DNA of 64,000 nt from Candidatus Poribacteria bacterium (GTDB lineage Bacteria > Poribacteria > WGA-4E > WGA-3G), in the NCBI GenBank assembly GCA_965242965.1, contig OZ251518.1, positions 5,440,001-5,504,000 of the forward strand, read 5' to 3'. Positions 61,235 through 64,000 of the stretch are shown here, in pieces (positions within the stretch are counted from its first letter, which is position 1; each line of letters opens with the position of its first letter). Both the position numbers and the translations under genes were made by a program. The notes beneath the pieces are model-generated. The model saw nothing but the letters and a program-made list of their open reading frames with translations, searched no databases and was not told the DNA's origin.

Positions 61235-64000
61235 ATGACACAGACATTAACAATTGACGGAAAGGAAGTCGCCTTTTCTGAAGGTGAAACGCTCCTTGAA
61301 ATCGGAGAACGGCATCACAAAGAGATTCCGACGCTCTGTTATGACACGCGGCTTGAACCCTTCGGCGGGTGTCGACTCTGCATCGTTGAATTGGAAGGCG
61401 CGCGCAATCCTGTCGCTTCTTGCACGACGAAAGCGGCACCAGGAATGGTAGTCCGCACTGCAACGGAGCAGATTGAGGCGTATCGGAAGACGCTCGTCGA
61501 TCTGGTCCTCAGCGAAAATCGGGAAGTTGATGTGCATCCGCTGCGAGGGTATGCCTCTGGTGAACTTGCAAGCCTCCGCGATAGATATGGGGTGTGCAGT
61601 GAAGGCGCGCGGGAGACAGGCCCCGGGCGGTTAACGGGCGCGACGTCTGGCACGAGCAAATCCGATGACAATCCTTTCATTCTGCGGGACTATGAGTTGT
61701 GCATCTCGTGTTATCGGTGCGTGCGCGTCTGCGCTGAACAAGAGGGGGACCACGCTATCACCGTAATGAACCGCGGTTTCCACACACAGATTGCCACCGA
61801 GTTTGATGGGCTCCTCAAAGATTCTGCATGCACCTTTTGTGGGCAGTGCATCCAGACATGTCCTACCGGCGCGCTAGCGGATAAGAAGGCACTGCGCGCT
61901 TCCGATACCGTAGCGCGGGGGCCTGTCCCCCGCGTGCCTTCAGCGGTAGAAAGCAGAGAAGCCGAAGGACAGGCCGTCGCACTAGGTGCTGCTCCCTTTG
62001 CCAAAACGCGGACGATATGTCCCTATTGTGGGGTTGGATGTTCGGTGGATATTCTCACGCAAGAAGAGAAAATTGTCGGTATCCACCCGGCGATGGACGG
62101 GCCTGCCAATCTCGGCGCGCTCTGTGTCAAAGGGCAGTTTGCCTATGACTTCGTGCAACATCCCGATCGACTCAAGATACCGCTTGTTCGGGGAGAAGAT
62201 GGCGAACTTCACGAGACAACCTGGGACGACGCGCTGGATAGAGCCGCCGAAGGCTTCCGCAAAACGCACGCGGCGCACGGCAAACACAGCGTTTACGGCA
62301 TCGCCTCTGGGCGCGCCCCGAGCGAAGCCGCCTATCTGATGCAAAAGTTCATCCGCGTCGGTTTCGGCACGAACTACATTGACAATTGCAGCCGTGCCTG
62401 ACACGCGCCAACCGTTGCCGGGCTGGCAGCGACAATTGGACGCGGTGCAATGTCAAATCCGCTTGAGGATATGGAGAAGCCGGATGTGATTTTCTGCATC
62501 GGCACGAATATGACAGAGTGTCACCCTGTCGCCGCGACAGGGTTGAAAAAGGCGGTGGCGCGCGGCGCGAAACTCATCGTCGCCGACCCGAGGCGCATCG
62601 GCTTAGCGGAGATGTCGCATCTCTATCTACCGCTGCGTGTCGGTTCTGATACTGCACTGCTTCTCGGCATGGCGCACGTCATCGCGCGCGAGGGATTAAT
62701 TGACGAAGAGTTTATCAGGAACCGCACCGTCGGTTTTGACGAATTCTTTGAGCACATCTCGCAGTGGACACCCGAGTGGGCTGAAACCATCACCGGTGTG
62801 CCGGCGAAGGACATTGAGACAGCGGCGATTTGGTATGGCAGCGCAGACAAAAGTGCCATCTACTACACCCTCGGCATCACAGAACATATTTGTGGGGTTG
62901 AGAATGTGCAGAGTCTGTGTAATCTCGCGCTGATGACAGGCAACCTTGGGCGCGAAGGCACCGGTATCAACCCGATGCGCGGACAAAACAACATTCAGGG
63001 AGCCGGCGACAGCGGCGCGTTGCCAAATAACTACCCCGGCTTCCAGTCTGTCACTGAACCCGCAAATCAGGCGAAGTTCAAACGCGAGTATGGCACGGAG
63101 ATTGAGTTGGAGAAGGGCATCACGAAGGTAACCGCGCTAGAGTTGTGCGGCGACAGCATCCACGCCATGCTCATTGATGGCGAGAACACCTTACTGTCCG
63201 ACCCGGACCGGGCGCATTGCGAGCATGCGTTGCGTTCACTGGAACACCTCGTCGTCATTGACATTTTTTTGACGGAGACAGCGCAACTCGCCGATGTCGT
63301 CCTCCCAGCGGCGGCGTGGGGAGAGACAGATGGAGTCTGCACGAACACGGAACGTCGGGTGCAGCGGCTGCGCGCAGCAGTCCCTCCCGCCGGCGAAGCG
63401 AAACCGGATTGGTGGATTATCTCTCAAATCGCGCAACGCCTCGGTTTTAACGGGTTTGATTTTGACGCGCCGAAACCGATTTTCAACGAACTCTGCCGGG
63501 TATCGCCGATTTACGCGGGATTAGATTGGGAACGCATTGACAAAGGTGCCAAAAACGGTGTAAACCAGTGGCCCGTGCCGCACGAAGAGCATCCCGGCAC
63601 GCCACGGTTGCATGAAGGTGAGTTTGTCAACGGGCGCGGCATCTTTTCAAACGTGCATTACCGCGACCCGGCCGAAACGATTGACGAGGCGTTTCCGGTG
63701 TGGCTCACGACGGGCCGCCGCCTGCAGTCTTACCATACCCGCACGCAGACCGGGCGCGCGCAGGGGATTGAGTATCTGCTGCCGGAAGAGACTCTTGAGA
63801 TAAATCCCGCTGATATTGAGAAATGGGGATTATCGGATGGGGAGTGGTGTAAGATGAGCAGCGCGCGCGGGAGTGTTAATATTAAGGTAAAGGCGACGAA
63901 TCGTTCGCCGCGCGGCACCGTTTTCGCCAGCTTCAGTTTCGCCGATGTGCCTGTTAACGTCCTGACTGGCTCTGGCTATGATGCGATAACGCATACGGCG
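61235..64000 (+). CDS. fdhF: selenocysteine-containing formate dehydrogenase alpha subunit, partial (runs off window end)
   Basis: N-terminal 2Fe-2S and 4Fe-4S domains, CPYCGVGC, NCSRA-TGA-HAPTVAGL; the frame continues past TGA with RGQNNIQG and the molybdopterin domain. Confidence 0.9.
62399..62435 (+). promoter_or_regulatory. Sec UGA codon and bacterial SECIS hairpin
   Basis: TGA CAC GCG CCA AC-CGTTGCC-GGGCT-GGCAGCG, positioned like the fdhF SECIS. Confidence 0.85.

Overview
64-kb bacterial window. The gene content (DUF6785-type membrane protein, LRR/dockerin/FlgD-tail secreted protein, Rpn proteins, phytanoyl-CoA dioxygenase, sulfatase) and the dense GTAG-type palindromic repeats suggest Candidatus Poribacteria (inference). 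It holds housekeeping and metabolic genes: M20 peptidase, TonB receptor operon, minC-minD-minE-minE, larA, bioD, frameshifted malate synthase G, argH, pyrF, two BMP-family binding proteins and a selenocysteine formate dehydrogenase. It also holds a complete type I-D CRISPR-Cas locus (WYL, cas10d, csc2, csc1, cas3', cas6, cas4-cas1, cas2, 31-repeat array). The most interesting signal is a ~1-kb cassette between the WYL gene and cas10d. First, a separately promoted degenerate repeat-spacer-repeat unit has a spacer matching a GTC-PAM site just downstream of the -10 box of the next gene, with mismatches at guide positions 6, 12 and 18 plus one bulge. Second, that gene encodes a DUF3800 (RNase H-like) protein. 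Third, two tandem ~100-nt structured RNA-like units follow it. This looks like a Cascade-repressed DUF3800 + ncRNA module. Other leads: a structured leader plus putative HEPN-motif gene, a MITE family carrying REP cargo, REPs inserted in frame in proteins, and a covarying element abutting start codons. All calls were made by eye, without database searches.
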